Assembly (NCBI GenBank): GCA_904063045.1
Contig: CAJFCJ010000001.1
Coordinates: forward strand, 1,116,001 to 1,180,000
From: Dimorphilus gyrociliatus
Lineage: Eukaryota; Animalia; Annelida
Direction of reading: 5' to 3'
Length of the DNA: 64,000 nt
Made by a program: the position numbers and the translations under genes. The notes below the pieces were generated by a model that saw only the letters and a program-made list of their open reading frames with translations, was not told the origin of the DNA and searched no databases. Below, in pieces: positions 13,089 through 26,035 of this stretch. Position 1 is the stretch's first letter. Each line of letters opens with the position of its first letter.

Positions 13089-14057
13089 TTTACTAATATT
13101 TAGAATTTAATCGAAATGATTTATTTATAAAATTAAGACTTATTACAAAATATCAGTTAATACATGAAATGTTGATCGAATAGTGCTATCTGAAAAATCG
13201 CCAATTTTCTAATCTATCAATAATCTTAATATCTTAATTACAATAGTAATAATTTCAAATGATATTCATAAATAAATATAGCTCGTCCTATATAAACTAG
13301 TTTGACTTTTGTTATTGTTATGCAAGATCGACTAAATAGAATAGCATCATTTTCAAAGCTAATTGTAAGATATATGTGCGCAGTGTACGTTAAATGTAAA
13401 TTTAACAACAAAAGCCTAAAAACAAACTATGTTGTCAAATAGAGTATCAAGACAAAAATTTATTGATATAAATTATTAATATATATTCAGGCAAATCCAT
13501 ATCTATATAGATATTAATCCCTTTTATATCTAATTAATGAAAAGAAGATATCATTTATAGTAGCATCTCTAAAAAAGTCACATATAAAACATTAAGTTTA
13601 GAATTTGTTTAATTCTTTGTTATTCACTATTGATTTGTAAAGGGAATAGTTCATCATTGATTTTAGAATTGGCTGAAAATAGCTATACTACATTTTCTAT
13701 ATATGAGTGCTTTATGTAAAAATAAATATATTACATAATAAGCGTCTTTTGTATAAATTGAAATTGTAATAAAAAATTATCTTCTCTTTGCTGCAAAATA
13801 CTAAAATTATGTTAAATTGTGGTAGTTTAAGGTGGGATTTAATTCGATAATAAAAATGAAATGCACAGATTAATTGTAGAAGGGAAAGTTTCTAATCAAA
13901 ATAATTAACTACATGTATTTGACAAAAAAATGTTAATTTTGCTAAATTCGTTTATATATCTCGTTGCTTTTGGTAACATTAATTGGAATATAATTACAAA
14001 GGGTGTACACTGGAATTCTTTTATTTCAATGAGAAAAGCATATATGATTTTTTAATG

Positions 14058-14096
14058 CAGCCAGGTGGCGGTATGTACATACGCGCCATCTACTGG
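14058..14096. promoter_or_regulatory. Inverted pair of CTCF-binding motifs around the palindrome TATGTACATA
   Basis: The + site CAGCCAGGTGGCGG matches CCASYAGRKGGCRS at 12/14. The - site CCAGTAGATGGCGC matches at 14/14. Confidence 0.7.
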
Positions 14097-14290
14097 ATAT
14101 AACATGGAATAAATTATGGTAATATATTAAATTTTAAAGTCTAATTAATTTTAAGAAAGATATACTAAACAGTGATTTTTTTTATCACTGAGAGCTTCCT
14201 TTAACCCTTCCCTAAATCTTTCCGCTGAGAAATCGTTTTAAAAAGGAGAAAAGCTGAAATAAACTAACGGCCGGACAGTGTGTCTGACCT

Positions 14291-14300
14291 GCGCATGCGC
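14291..14300. promoter_or_regulatory. NRF1/Ewg motif GCGCATGCGC in the CTCF core promoter
   Basis: Perfect palindromic consensus about 130 bp upstream of the putative non-coding exon 1 donor (AG|GTTAGT at 14433). Confidence 0.6.
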
Positions 14301-15084
14301 AAAACGTATCGGCCATATTAGCATTGTCAGGAATATTTAATCGTTTTCGTCTTCTGCCTATAGATATTAAGATATTGCGCGATCAGATATTTATCGCCAT
14401 AAAACAAGCAACTGACAAGACCACGGAAAAAGGTTAGTTAAAGATTTTTTGTTTATCATCCAAGTATAAGACTCAATTCGCTTGAAAACGGCGGCGCTTT
14501 CACGGACGCCATTACTGGGCAGGTGGCAGTAACGTTTTAGAAGATGGCGCTTTCTACAATTTGGGTGCATTCAGTGACATCTAGTCATGCCAAAATCTTT
14601 TAGAAATTGACTCCAGGACAGGGGAAGGGTTCAATGTTAGATACTTTCCAGAACTTGTCCAGTTTTATTGTTCAACTTAACATCGGCAAAAATCCAAAAT
14701 GGCGCCACTGATATATTTAGAACTACACTATTTTTGCGTGTAACAGTTACGTGACGGTGGATAATGCCCATGGCTTTATAATTTATCATTCACCAATGAA
14801 TATGCTTTAAATTTATGTGATTTTGAACTGTATTTACCCAGCGTAAAATGCTAATTGGAAGCGTTCAGTAAAATTGGAAAATAAACAAATCGGTATCTTT
14901 TTCGGCTATAAAATTTCTTTTTGTCAAAAATAGTCTTTTTTTCAAATTTTCTTTAAATATTTTTCTATAGTATAAAAGTGAATTATATCCGCAAATTAAA
15001 ATGCACTTTATGTTAAAAGCTATTTTTATAGGCGAAATATATCTCAAAATGAACATTTTATAATTTCTTAGACTAACGATTAAA

Positions 15085-17624
15085 ATGGATGCTACTGGAA
15101 CTACACAAGTCGAAAGCAGTGATCCTGCTCTAAATGACATTCAAAGTTACCTGGATAACTTTAATAAGGAAATTTCTAATGGTGGTAGCCAACAACAACC
15201 TGTTCAAGTCTTAACCGAAGGCACTGCATACTATACCGTCAAATCAGAGGGAGAAAAAGCAGGTCAAAGAGAAGCATCTGCAACAGGAGACTCTGTTGTG
15301 CTGACCAATGTGGCTTCAACATCTGGTGAAGAAGGCAAGGAAGGAGCTATTCAGGTTGCAGCCGCTGACGGTCAAAATAATGATGCCGTTGTTTTGAGTG
15401 CTAATCAGTATCAAACTGTAACTATCGTTCCCTCGGATGTTGATCAGTCAGGAGAAATGTCATACGTTCTCATAGTATCACAGCCAGAAAAACAAGATGA
15501 AGAGGAAAAGCAAATTACCGATGCTGATATGTCTGTTTATGACTTTAAAGAAGATCGTAGTGGTATGAATAGAGGAATGAGAATGCAGCCACGAAAGCCT
15601 ATTACTGGCCTTCCTTCTCAATTGATGTGTTCCTACTGCAACTACACGAGTCCAAAACGCTATCTCCTCACTAGGCACATGAAAACTCACTCCGAGGAGC
15701 GACCGCATAAATGTTCTATTTGCGACCGTGGATTTAAGACAGTTGCATCTTTACAGAACCATATCAATACGCATACTGGAACAAAGCCACATAAATGTAA
15801 AGAGTGCGACTCTGCTTTCACAACCTCTGGTGAATTGGTCCGACATGTTCGTTATAGGCACACTTACGAGAAACCGCACAGATGCACCGAGTGTGACTAT
15901 TCTAGGTGAGCTTGACAAAATAATTTTTCTGTGAAGAAAAGTTCTAAAACTATTGTATAACTATTGCAGCGTAGAATTGTCGAAACTGAAGAGACACATG
16001 AGATCACATACAGGAGAAAGACCCTATGCCTGCCCTCATTGTGCATATGCCTCTCCTGATACTTATAAGTTAAAGAGACATTTACGAGTTCATACTGGTG
16101 AAAAACCTTACATTTGCGACGTTTGCGACGTAAGCTAGAATTCTTTTTTTTGCAAATGTCCTTCAACTAATTTTGTCATTCATTTTCAGGCAAGATTTAC
16201 ACAGAGCAATTCATTGAAAGCTCATATGCTAATTCACAGTGGAAATAAGCCAGTTTATCAGTGCGAATTATGTCCCACTACTTGTGGGCGTAAAACTGAC
16301 CTGAAAATCCATATTCAGAAACTGCATACATCGGATAAACCGATTCCCTGTAGAAAATGTGGTAAAAGTTTCCCTGATAGATACACCTATAAGATTCATT
16401 TAAAGACTCACGAAGGCGAAAAGTGTTTCCGATGTGACTTCTGTCCTTATGCTGCACTAAACCAAAGGCATTTGGAAAGTCATATTTTAACCCATACTGG
16501 TGAGAAGCCATTCCAGTGTGATGAGTGTGAACAAACATTTAGACAAAAACAACTGTTGAGACGACACAAGAACCTGTATCACTCTCCCGAATACATTCCG
16601 CCAAATCCTAGAGTAAGAATTACATAAAATTGTTTGTATTAAACATTTCATATTGAGTTGTTTTTCTAGGAAAAGGCGTTCGAATGTTCGGCTAGTGGGT
16701 GCGACAAGAGCTTCGCTCACCGAGGCAATCTAATTCGCCACATGCAACAACACGAAGAAGGTGAAATTGATGGTAATGTTCTTTAAAAATTTAGTTAGTA
16801 TAAATGGAGCTAATATAAATTGTTTTTCAGGCGAAACAATGATGGTAAAAGCTGAAGGTGACTTAATGTTAGGTGAACAAGGCGAAAATCTTGTAGGAGA
16901 AATGGTTGACGAGGAAGGAAACACTGTACAACAAGTTGTCCTCATTCAACAACCAGACGGACAAGTTCAAGTTGTTCGTAAAGGAGATTCTCAACCTTTG
17001 ATAGTAACAAATGTAGCTGACCCCAGCGCTGGTGTAGAGGAAGCGTTGGCAACAGGCGAACAAAGCAGCAGAGCTGACAAGGAAAAACTGTCCATGGATG
17101 GAGACGAATCAATTAATGATGGTAAGTAGGACGTGCTTGTTGGAAATAAATAGCATTTCATAATTAATAACAAAAATAGATGACGATAACGAAATGAGAG
17201 GTCTAAAAGCTTCCCCCTCAACACCAGGCGAAGTCAGCCGAAGGGGGCGCGGACGACCACCGAAGAGACCGAAAATGGATGATGAGGATTACGATCCATC
17301 CGATGACGCAGAATACACTCCCAGAGGAGGCAGAGGGTTTGTGTTAGTTGTGTAATAGAATTTTCCTATTACGTTTACTTATGAAAACCGTTTGAAATAG
17401 AAGACCTCGAAAGGAGGTGTCAGTTGTCGATGAACCAGTTGCCAAAAGACAAACGCGAGAATCTGTAAGAACACGTGTTACAAGTAAAGGAGGTATGTTA
17501 TGATTAATTTTAAGTTTATCTTTGAAAATTAAAACTATTGTTAATGCAAGTAGAATCTGATGTAGACGAGAAGAAGGAGCAAAAGAAAAAAGACATAGAA
17601 GAATGCTTCGGTTTCGACTCTTAA
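15085..17624 (+). CDS. CTCF: CCCTC-binding factor, 11 zinc fingers, multi-exon; 5'UTR intron about 14433-15072
   Basis: SVYDF motif, then fingers [55 protein letters not shown] and HRGNLIRH. Two C-terminal AT-hooks; the frame ends …CFGFDS*. Confidence 0.96.
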
Positions 17625-18480
17625 AAACATTTATGTTGTGACTATATTAGCACTAAAAAATTAATATATTAACTATATCATTAAATACACTTGTAGATGT
17701 AATTTGTCTTGTGGAAATTGTTTTTGTTTGCTGTATATGCGATTGTTTTTGTTTGCAGTATACGATCAACGTACATGTTTACTAAATATCGTTGTAGAAG
17801 AGTGCAGTGTTGTCAATAATTGACTAAGGATATTCAAGAGGATTTATGTTTCGAAATATATCAAATGTAATTCTTTTAAAGATAAAAATTGCCCACACTA
17901 CATGAAAAGTTTTGGTGAAGCACCTTGAGATTATACGTTATCTGACGCTTGGAATCGCTACCTGCCCCAGTCATCTAGCAAAAGTGTTTGGGCCCTTTCA
18001 TTTGATATATTAAATTTTTGCAATGATATTTAGTAAGTACACTTCTCGTTGATTAATATGTCGACTGTTTTATTCGACTTGCTCTTTAGTATATCTTCGC
18101 TGAGAGGAGCTTTATCTAGTTAACGTGTATTCGATACTGATACCATTAGTCCTGTAAAAATTTTCAAGCATGATACCTATCCTTATACAGATATATATGT
18201 ATATGATATATATTTATATTTGTATATGTAGATATTTACATATACAACTAAATGTGAGGATAATAACTATTTAATTAACCTTTTGTTCTAACTTTAAGGA
18301 TATTTTGTATATAACATTGCTAACCGTATAAAAAGTCAACGTGTTGATAAACAGAACCTATACCCAAGCCTAAGTAACATGTATTTTGTGTTATATATAG
18401 TCTCTTGGATTAAATTAATCCAATTATGAAATGAGTGGACTAAAAACACTATCTGACCAAATTGCCGTTAAAAGTACTCA

Positions 18481-20375
18481 TCAGTTGTTCTGTAATTGTT
18501 CCATGTAATTAAATGGTAGATTGGCTTTTTTCCATACATGTTCAATGAATATCAAGTCCAATTCCCTGTCTTGTTCCTCACTAAGTATCTTATTCATAAC
18601 TATTCTACGTTGAATTTTTCGCCTAAGTGATTCGTTTACATCTGGTAGACGGTATTCAAGCATTTTTTGACAAAATATCATATTATAAAATATATCATAT
18701 AAGCATTCACATATTTCGAAAACGGTTAGAATTGATAATCCCATCCATAGACCTAATATTCCACCCATATCGGCAATATAAGATAACGCTGAAAAATCAA
18801 TATCACTTTGAATATCTTCCTGTTCCAAATCTTCCAAGTATATGCTAATAGCGACTATGTTATCTTCTAAATATTTGTACCGAATCTTATCGTTTTTAAG
18901 ATTTTTGTACTTTATTTTTGCATTTTGATTTCTCGTATTTCTGAAATGTTCCAAGTTGTTGTAAATTCCTGAAGAGAGAGTTGTATGATAAGTTATCGTG
19001 TCACATTCGGGAAGGCATTGATTACATAGTTTATCAACAATTTCCTCATTCGATGATACCTTTCGGCCTATAAACAATTCATTAAACCACTTAAGACATT
19101 GTTTTTCTCTTTTATCAAATAATCTACAGTATGGAATTTCTTCCGATTTTAATCCTAACTCTTCTAATAATTGAGAAAATGCTCTAACTTCCATAACTCG
19201 TGGATAGCTGGGGTCTTGACATCTGCAACGTCTGAATAAATGTTTCACCATTTTAGTCTTTTTCCATAGTGAGATCATAGTTTATCTAAAGGGATATTGA
19301 CCTTATAAGCTCTATTTGAAAACAAGTTTTCATGCATGAACTTTCGCTATAGGTTACGTGAGGTAATTGACCAACATAAGCGTCTCTATCCTCCATTTGA
19401 AGTTTACTCAATAATTCACATCTTGAATATGGTTTTGGCTTTAGGATGGTATGAATCTTTCTTAGGCCAACATATGTCAAATGACCAGGTGGTACATTGA
19501 AACCCTTTGATTCCGGGAAGGGATAGTCTTCAGCATCGTGAATCGAAATGCGAAATCCAACAGAGTTTTGATAAAATGGTAGATATTCACTTAATTGAGA
19601 ATCTAATACTAAAAAGAAATTTTCATTTACACCGGAAGTTGAAGTTTTTCTCGTTTTATTTGCGTTAAAAGTGTAACAATTTCCGTAAGAATTACTTAAA
19701 ATTAACTGTAAAGATGAAGACTTTTATTATAGATAGGAACTTATGGAATCGTTAAAGAATACCGTAAAATTTGTATAGTCGCAAGTTTCTTTCATAAACC
19801 TGCATTCAACTAGCATATTCTCTAATTTGTGTCCGCTCATTTCTCTATCTTTATTGTTCATAGCTCCAAGATATCTTTGTAGGTTAAAAGACCTTAAATA
19901 ATCATTTTCAGCTTCTTTCGTTAATAATTTCTCTAAATAATCTCTTCTACTAGGAAAACCCGCTTGCTGACCTTCACCTCTTTCATCGCTTAATAGAGGG
20001 TTCATATTACAAATTGTAACTGCCGGAAAGAGAATTTCTGTATTTCTCTTACGCCTAGTAGTTGTTGAACTTGAATATCTTAGATAGTTAGTTGTACTAG
20101 ATGTACTAAGCGTCAATAGAAAACTTCCCGACATTGATAGAACAAACAACCAGAATAACCATCTACATTTTCCTATTTAAATGTGAATGTAGCTTGATAA
20201 AATAGTTAAAGTAATATATTCTATAAGCTAAATTACCTCTAGCAGTTTTTAAATTCCAACAGCCATGTGCTGTTGTCTTACTGGCGTAATAGGTTAGTAA
20301 ATCTGACAAGTTTACAAACCTAATTGGTTTGTCGAAAATTGATCCAGAATACGCTAGGGGATTAATCGAAGACAT
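18481..20375 (-). CDS. Degenerin/ENaC family sodium channel, 4 exons
   Basis: Pre-TM1 TTAHG motif, FPAVTICNMNP, YGNCYTFN, GFRISIH, Cys-rich thumb (SCMKTC…CRC…CLPEC) and TM2 ADMGGILGLWMGLSILT. Confidence 0.92.
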
Positions 20376-20534
20376 TTAGTCAAACAGAGACAATTTTTTT
20401 CAAAGAGTTCTATGACGTTGGCAAAGTAAAATTAAAAAAAATAGAAGCTAATATAAAGATCAAGAGAGGATGGAGACTAGGCAAACTAGACTTGGGAACT
20501 ATTTACTCAAATATGAAAACAAACTACAATTGTA

Positions 20535-21392
20535 TTATTCTTGTGTTAGCTCTCTTTTTAGATCATCATATTTTGGATTATTTGACCTTAGAGTCAATTT
20601 TAACAGTTTCATGTCTCTCTTTGTAGGAACGTGCTGTCCAAATATATCAGTTCGAACTCGGTTAAGATCGATCGGAGGAGGTAATTCGGGAGATGGTTGT
20701 CCTCTAAATCTATAATATTTCTTCCATGTTGGGGGAGGCATTACGTTTTCTGTAAGAAAACAGGTAAAAGAAGGATAAATATTTAATTATTCGTGGTCAA
20801 GACTGTTCAAATTTTTTAACCTACCATTCTCATCCAAAGGTGGATTTCTCATATGACTTTTCATTTGAAGCTCTTTCATTCTTTTATTCTCTGTCATAAC
20901 TTTTCCTATCACGACTTGCCTCTTTCTAGCATCTTTAATAATTTCTGGTGTTTCAGTTAAATACTTGGCATACGTATTATCCCTCAATTGACTAGGCTGA
21001 GGAACGGATAAGGGATATAAGGAAGCGACAAACTCAGCAGATTCATCCTCCGAGGATTTAGCCCGTGAAAGACCGTATTCATTTCGTATATTCCTCCAAA
21101 GACCGGTGGAAACCTTTGGATGATTTTTATTCGCTGTTTTCATATTTTGTTTTCCAGCTTCTAACCAGATCCTATATTCAAGGGAGGGACTTTTATAAGT
21201 TCTATCCTCCAACGAGGCCCTATTAACATGAGCTAATTCTCTATGAGCCGATAACATAACTTGGGGAGTAGGTGTTGTTATTGGTGGACGATGTCGAAAA
21301 CCAGACAATTTGGGCCGCAGTTCGGGTATAAGCAATTGTTTTTCTTCGTATGGAAGGAGTTTAGTATTAAGAGAGGCTGCGTGTAAATCCAT
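20535..21392 (-). CDS. Testis-expressed protein 52-like (cilia/flagella-associated), 2 exons
   Basis: EYRIWLEAGK and MRNPPLDE|NVMPPPTWKKYY resemble TEX52-family motifs. There is a clean GT-AG intron and a perfect upstream X-box. Confidence 0.65.
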
Positions 21393-21549
21393 TGTAATAT
21401 CTTTCTAAAACAAATCAGGTCAAACAGACACCTAAAACTTTAAATGCATCACTAAATTAATAACAAAAATTGATGTCAAATTTGGCACAAAAAAGCAGTA
21501 TTTCCTATCAACAACTTCTATGGAGGGGTTTTGTTGTCTTGTGCTTGCT

Positions 21550-21563
21550 GTTGCCATGGCAAC
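21550..21563. promoter_or_regulatory. RFX X-box GTTGCCATGGCAAC
   Basis: Perfect 14-bp palindromic RFX consensus 158 bp upstream of the TEX52-like ATG. Confidence 0.8.
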
Positions 21564-22181
21564 GATGAATACAGTAAGTACTATAAGATATTTTTTATTG
21601 TAGCATATTTATTAATAAATTACAAAAATAGAAACAATAACAAATTTAAAGTACTACTTATTCGCGTATTATAAAAAACACAATAAAATGAAAATAGAAA
21701 GGAAATGTAATTAGTGCGCATGATTATTGGCGGGAAAATTTAAAACTTATTAAATAAAACCGTATGGTTAATCAATAATTCTTCAATAACTAAGTTATAA
21801 GTGGTTTAAAGAAATTTTTAATAATAGACAATAATCATTTTTATTAATAGACTGTCAGCAGTTTTTTAATTCCTCTATTCTATTTTCCTAGCTTCTCAGA
21901 TAAGATAAGATAGGGTATGTTCATTTTGATTTAAAACTAATAAAATTAGTCGAACATTGAAGAAACAGTGAAGAAAATATGGAATTTTTTTCAACAAAAT
22001 ATTGAAAACTCTATGAGCAAGTTTTATTATTATTACTAACGATTGTACGCCTACGAAACCTTCACTGAACTTCCGAATCCTGTTTACATAATCTTTTTGT
22101 TCTTCTTTTTCTTGTATTTAGATTATTCGTCTTTATCGGGCAGGGAAGAAAGTATATAAGATAAGGTTTTACCTTGAGAAA

Positions 22182-23465
22182 ATGGCATGTATTTTATGGA
22201 AATCCCTTACCGTATCCGAATTTCGTCGAGCTGGTACGGCTGAAAACAGGTTACAATACCATTATCTCATTATATTTCTATGTTAGATGCCAATATATTG
22301 TTAGTACATTTAGCTCTGCCCTTTTAGAAATAGTATTTTAGCAGTTTTCGACTCTTCAATGAAACTTACAGGAAAAACTATTATAGTAACGGGCGGAAGT
22401 AGTGGTATTGGTAAGGAATGCGTAAGAGAGTTTGTAAAAAGAGGAGCCCGAGTCATAATAGCTAGTAGAGATTTAGAAAAGAGTAAAAGAGCTGAGGAAG
22501 AGATAAAAAATGATCTGAAAATATCTCAAACGACTCACATGGGAGATATAGTGATCAAAAAACTTGATTTGTCATCGCTGGATAGCGTTAAGAATTTTGC
22601 TTATCAATTTAATGAAGGTAATTGTTTTCGAATGATTTTATCCGTATAATTGTAAGTTAATGAGAGATAAACCTTTCTTTGTATAGAAGAAACAAGATTG
22701 GATATCTTAGTAAACAATGCTGGAATATATAAACCAGATTGTTGGCGTTCTCATACAAGAGATAACTTAGAAATAGTTACAGTGACTAATTATTTGGGAC
22801 ATTTCCTTCTTACTAATCTATTATTAGATAAATTGAAATTAAGTGCACCGAGTAGAGTAGTAAATTTATCTTCGTTAGCTCACTACTCCATAAATTCCAT
22901 GGACTACGATGATTTCAACCTGAATCAATCGTGTTTTATGCCATCTGATTTTTATCTTTATGCAAGGAGTAAAGCTGCAATGGTAATGTTTAGCACAGAA
23001 TTCGATAGAAGATATCGAGGTAAACAAACTATGAATAAAATATAATTAATCAATTATTCATTCACCTATTCTCATAAAGAATATGGAATAACAAGCTACA
23101 GTTGCAATCCAGGGATTGCCGATACAGAGTTGGGACGTAATATAAATCCATTGACCGATTTTTGCTTATATTGTCTTTCAAACTGTGCATATTTTAAGCA
23201 AAAGTTAAAAACACCTCAACAGGCTGCGCAAACTCCGATATTTTGCAGTCTAGAACAGGGTTTAGAGACAAAGAGCGGATATTACTTTTCGTAAGTGATT
23301 AAGATCTTACCTACTTTTTCTTTTTACTATCCAAAGAGAATAGAAAAGATAAAAATTTAAATTACTTTAAGGGAATGCGAGAATAGGATAGCGTCCAGAT
23401 ATTGCCGTAGAGAGGATAATATGAAAAGACTATGGGAAGTCAGTAAAGAAGCACTTGGAATTTAA
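22182..23465 (+). CDS. Short-chain dehydrogenase/reductase, retinol dehydrogenase 11/12/13-like, 5 exons
   Basis: TGGSSGIG Rossmann motif, DILVNNAG, TNYLGHFLLT, SRVVNLSS and catalytic YARSK. An upstream exon MACILWKSLTVSEFRRA splices in frame. Confidence 0.88.
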
Positions 23466-23657
23466 AGTAATCAATGTAATTTCTTGTTTCTTTTTGTTTT
23501 ACTTATATAAAAAGATATAAAACAATACATTTGAAATATATTTTACGAATCCTTGTTAAAATAATATGTTTTATTTGTTTGTTTACCTTCCTTATCTGTA
23601 TTTAATTGTTAACGGAAGTTGAAAGGTGGTTGTGATCACTCTGCATCATGTTGATTT

Positions 23658-24298
23658 CTATTGTTGTATTATTTTTGGTATTAGACTAGGTCCTTGAACA
23701 TCTTTCAATTTTATGGCTTTTTCCCTCAATTCTTCGTTTGTTAACTCTTTTTCAATTTTCTTTCGTTTCCTGATTCTAGGAGCTTTTAGTTCATTCAATC
23801 TTTTTTCAACTTCGAGCCTTCTCACTTCCAATTTGTGTTTAGTTTCGTCTACAGTCTCAAATTCGGGTGCATAACAAACATGTAAGGTTGATCCGAAGAA
23901 AGGAGTATCATCTAGCTTCTTTTTTGCATTCCTTGCTGATTGAATATCAGTAAATTTTGTGAAATACACCTCAGAAAACTCTTCTCTAGGATAGTCGCTT
24001 AAATTTTCAAGTTTTTCCAGTTTTCCGAATTTGACTAGATTTGATTCAAGCTCTTTATTAACTTTAATAGATGGAACATTTTGAATAAGCAGATAATGAG
24101 ATTCCTGGCTAATTGTATAAGTCTGATAGGACAGCAATGAAAAAGATTGCATAGAGATAAAATACACTAATATTGTATAAAAACCTTGACTGCTCGTAGT
24201 TTTCTTCCTCTACGATATTTAGGGCGGTTTAGGCAATATTCTTGTTTTATATGATGATCTCTCAATTTGCTCTTATCAACTTCATCCGCAGCTATCAT
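23658..24298 (-). CDS. RBM48: RNA-binding protein 48 (minor-spliceosome Bact component), 2 exons
   Basis: HHIKQEYCLNRPKYRRGRKLRAVK|TYTISQESHYLLIQNVP…AKKKLDDTPFFGSTLHVCYAPEFET matches RBM48. Confidence 0.9.
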
Positions 24299-24793
24299 CA
24301 CTTACAGACAAGGCTAATATAAAAACGAAATAAAAAGTCCAGTTGAAATATTCATCTATCAAATTATATAATCAAGCGCCATCTTTCGGGCAAAAGACAC
24401 GACGGAGTTGTCTCTTAAAAATTAGCACATATACAGTATACTTACTGTATATATAGAGAGATATATAAAGCATGCAAATATTTAAATGATATACGTCACA
24501 TAATAATCTCCTTAATACCATGAAGAAGTGTTTTATGCAATGCATCATATACTGAATATATTTGATATAATACTCGAGGCATATTAAATAAAATTAGATA
24601 GTTAAAAAATAGTTGAATTAATTCATTATAATTAATTTGTCTAACTCAAAACGAACTGCACTCGATACTGCAAAAAAAAAAAGAGGGTATAACACCCTCG
24701 GAAATTAGAATACTGTTAGAAATTACGAAAACAACCATTCTCAATAAGATTTCATAAGCTTTAATCCTTAGATAATTATATAGCGTATAATCC

Positions 24794-24824
<31 letters not shown>

Positions 24825-25066
24825 CTGTACATTCATTACATGTATAAATATTACTTTAAACAGCAATAAAATAATTCTTAGTCTTTTAAACGATATTTAA
24901 ATATGAACAAGTTTATTTAAAGTTTGAAGTTTGAAGCTTTAAACATGGCATCTTAGTTTGTAATAAGCATTTTTTACATTTAAAGGGTAGTATACAGTTT
25001 TATACGTGACCTATGGAAAAGGGATCTTAGACACCCTAAGATGAAATTATAAATACATATATGTAG

Positions 25067-25097
<31 letters not shown>

Positions 25098-25265
25098 GAT
25101 ATATAAAAATAACAGATATTGATTATTATATTTACAAATGAAAAATACAATTTAAATTCAGATTTAGACAACATTCTTAAATTAATATAAAGTATACTCT
25201 TTATAGAACTGACCAATGCTCTTTCTAGACATTTACTTCTATCCGTCTATCTTCATCTATTCATT

Positions 25266-25310
<45 letters not shown>

Positions 25311-26035
25311 ATCTCACACCTAAATTTTTCTTTTTTTTGGTTCTTGTCTACTTGCAAGGCCTATAACTCGCTCAACAAATAAATTTACAATTTCCTTTTA
25401 AGAGAAAGTAATTAAAGGTGATTCTAAAAATAGTTAACATTTTTCTAATAATTTATTACAGCTTTCACTAAAGTGCGTAAACTTAATTCATTAAAGATTT
25501 AGAATGAAATGAAAAAATCTGAGTTTTTATTATGTTTAGTCAATTAATTAAGAATTTAATTTATTAATTAGACAGATTTTATTGGTAATAAGAAATAGTT
25601 TTTAATGGTGAAAGTGTCAAATAGTCTTTTTTCTTATATGAAAAAAAAAGGCATAGAGTTATAAAAATAGCTAAATATCGCAAAACTAATTTTCGGATTA
25701 AGGAGTTTAATCAGTGCTGACCTTTACAATTTGATCTAATCTTAGAAAGCGTTGGTGTTAGTATGACTTTCTTCCGGCTTCATGGAAACCTGAGTTTTCT
25801 CATTCAACCTACGATACGTCAGTTAACTATGAACTCGGTTTGGAGCATCATTACTCGTTAAAGGTCTTAAAGTTCTACACAGGAAAGTAACATCAAGGAG
25901 AAACGACATAATTGGAAGAGGCAAGAAATAAGAAGAGGGATAGATAGAGAGAGAGAGCCACAACTTTTTGTTAATTTATTAAACAATTTTTCAATATATT
26001 CATATTTTTGAACGAATCATCTTCATTAAAGAATT

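Noticed and set aside
17236-17251. CTCF-like CCGAAGGGGGCGC inside the CTCF coding sequence
   Set aside because: Explained by codons for the RRGR AT-hook.
24424-24434. AGCACATATAC resembling part of U6 snRNA
   Set aside because: The match does not extend, and there is no ACAGAGA box or other U6 structure.
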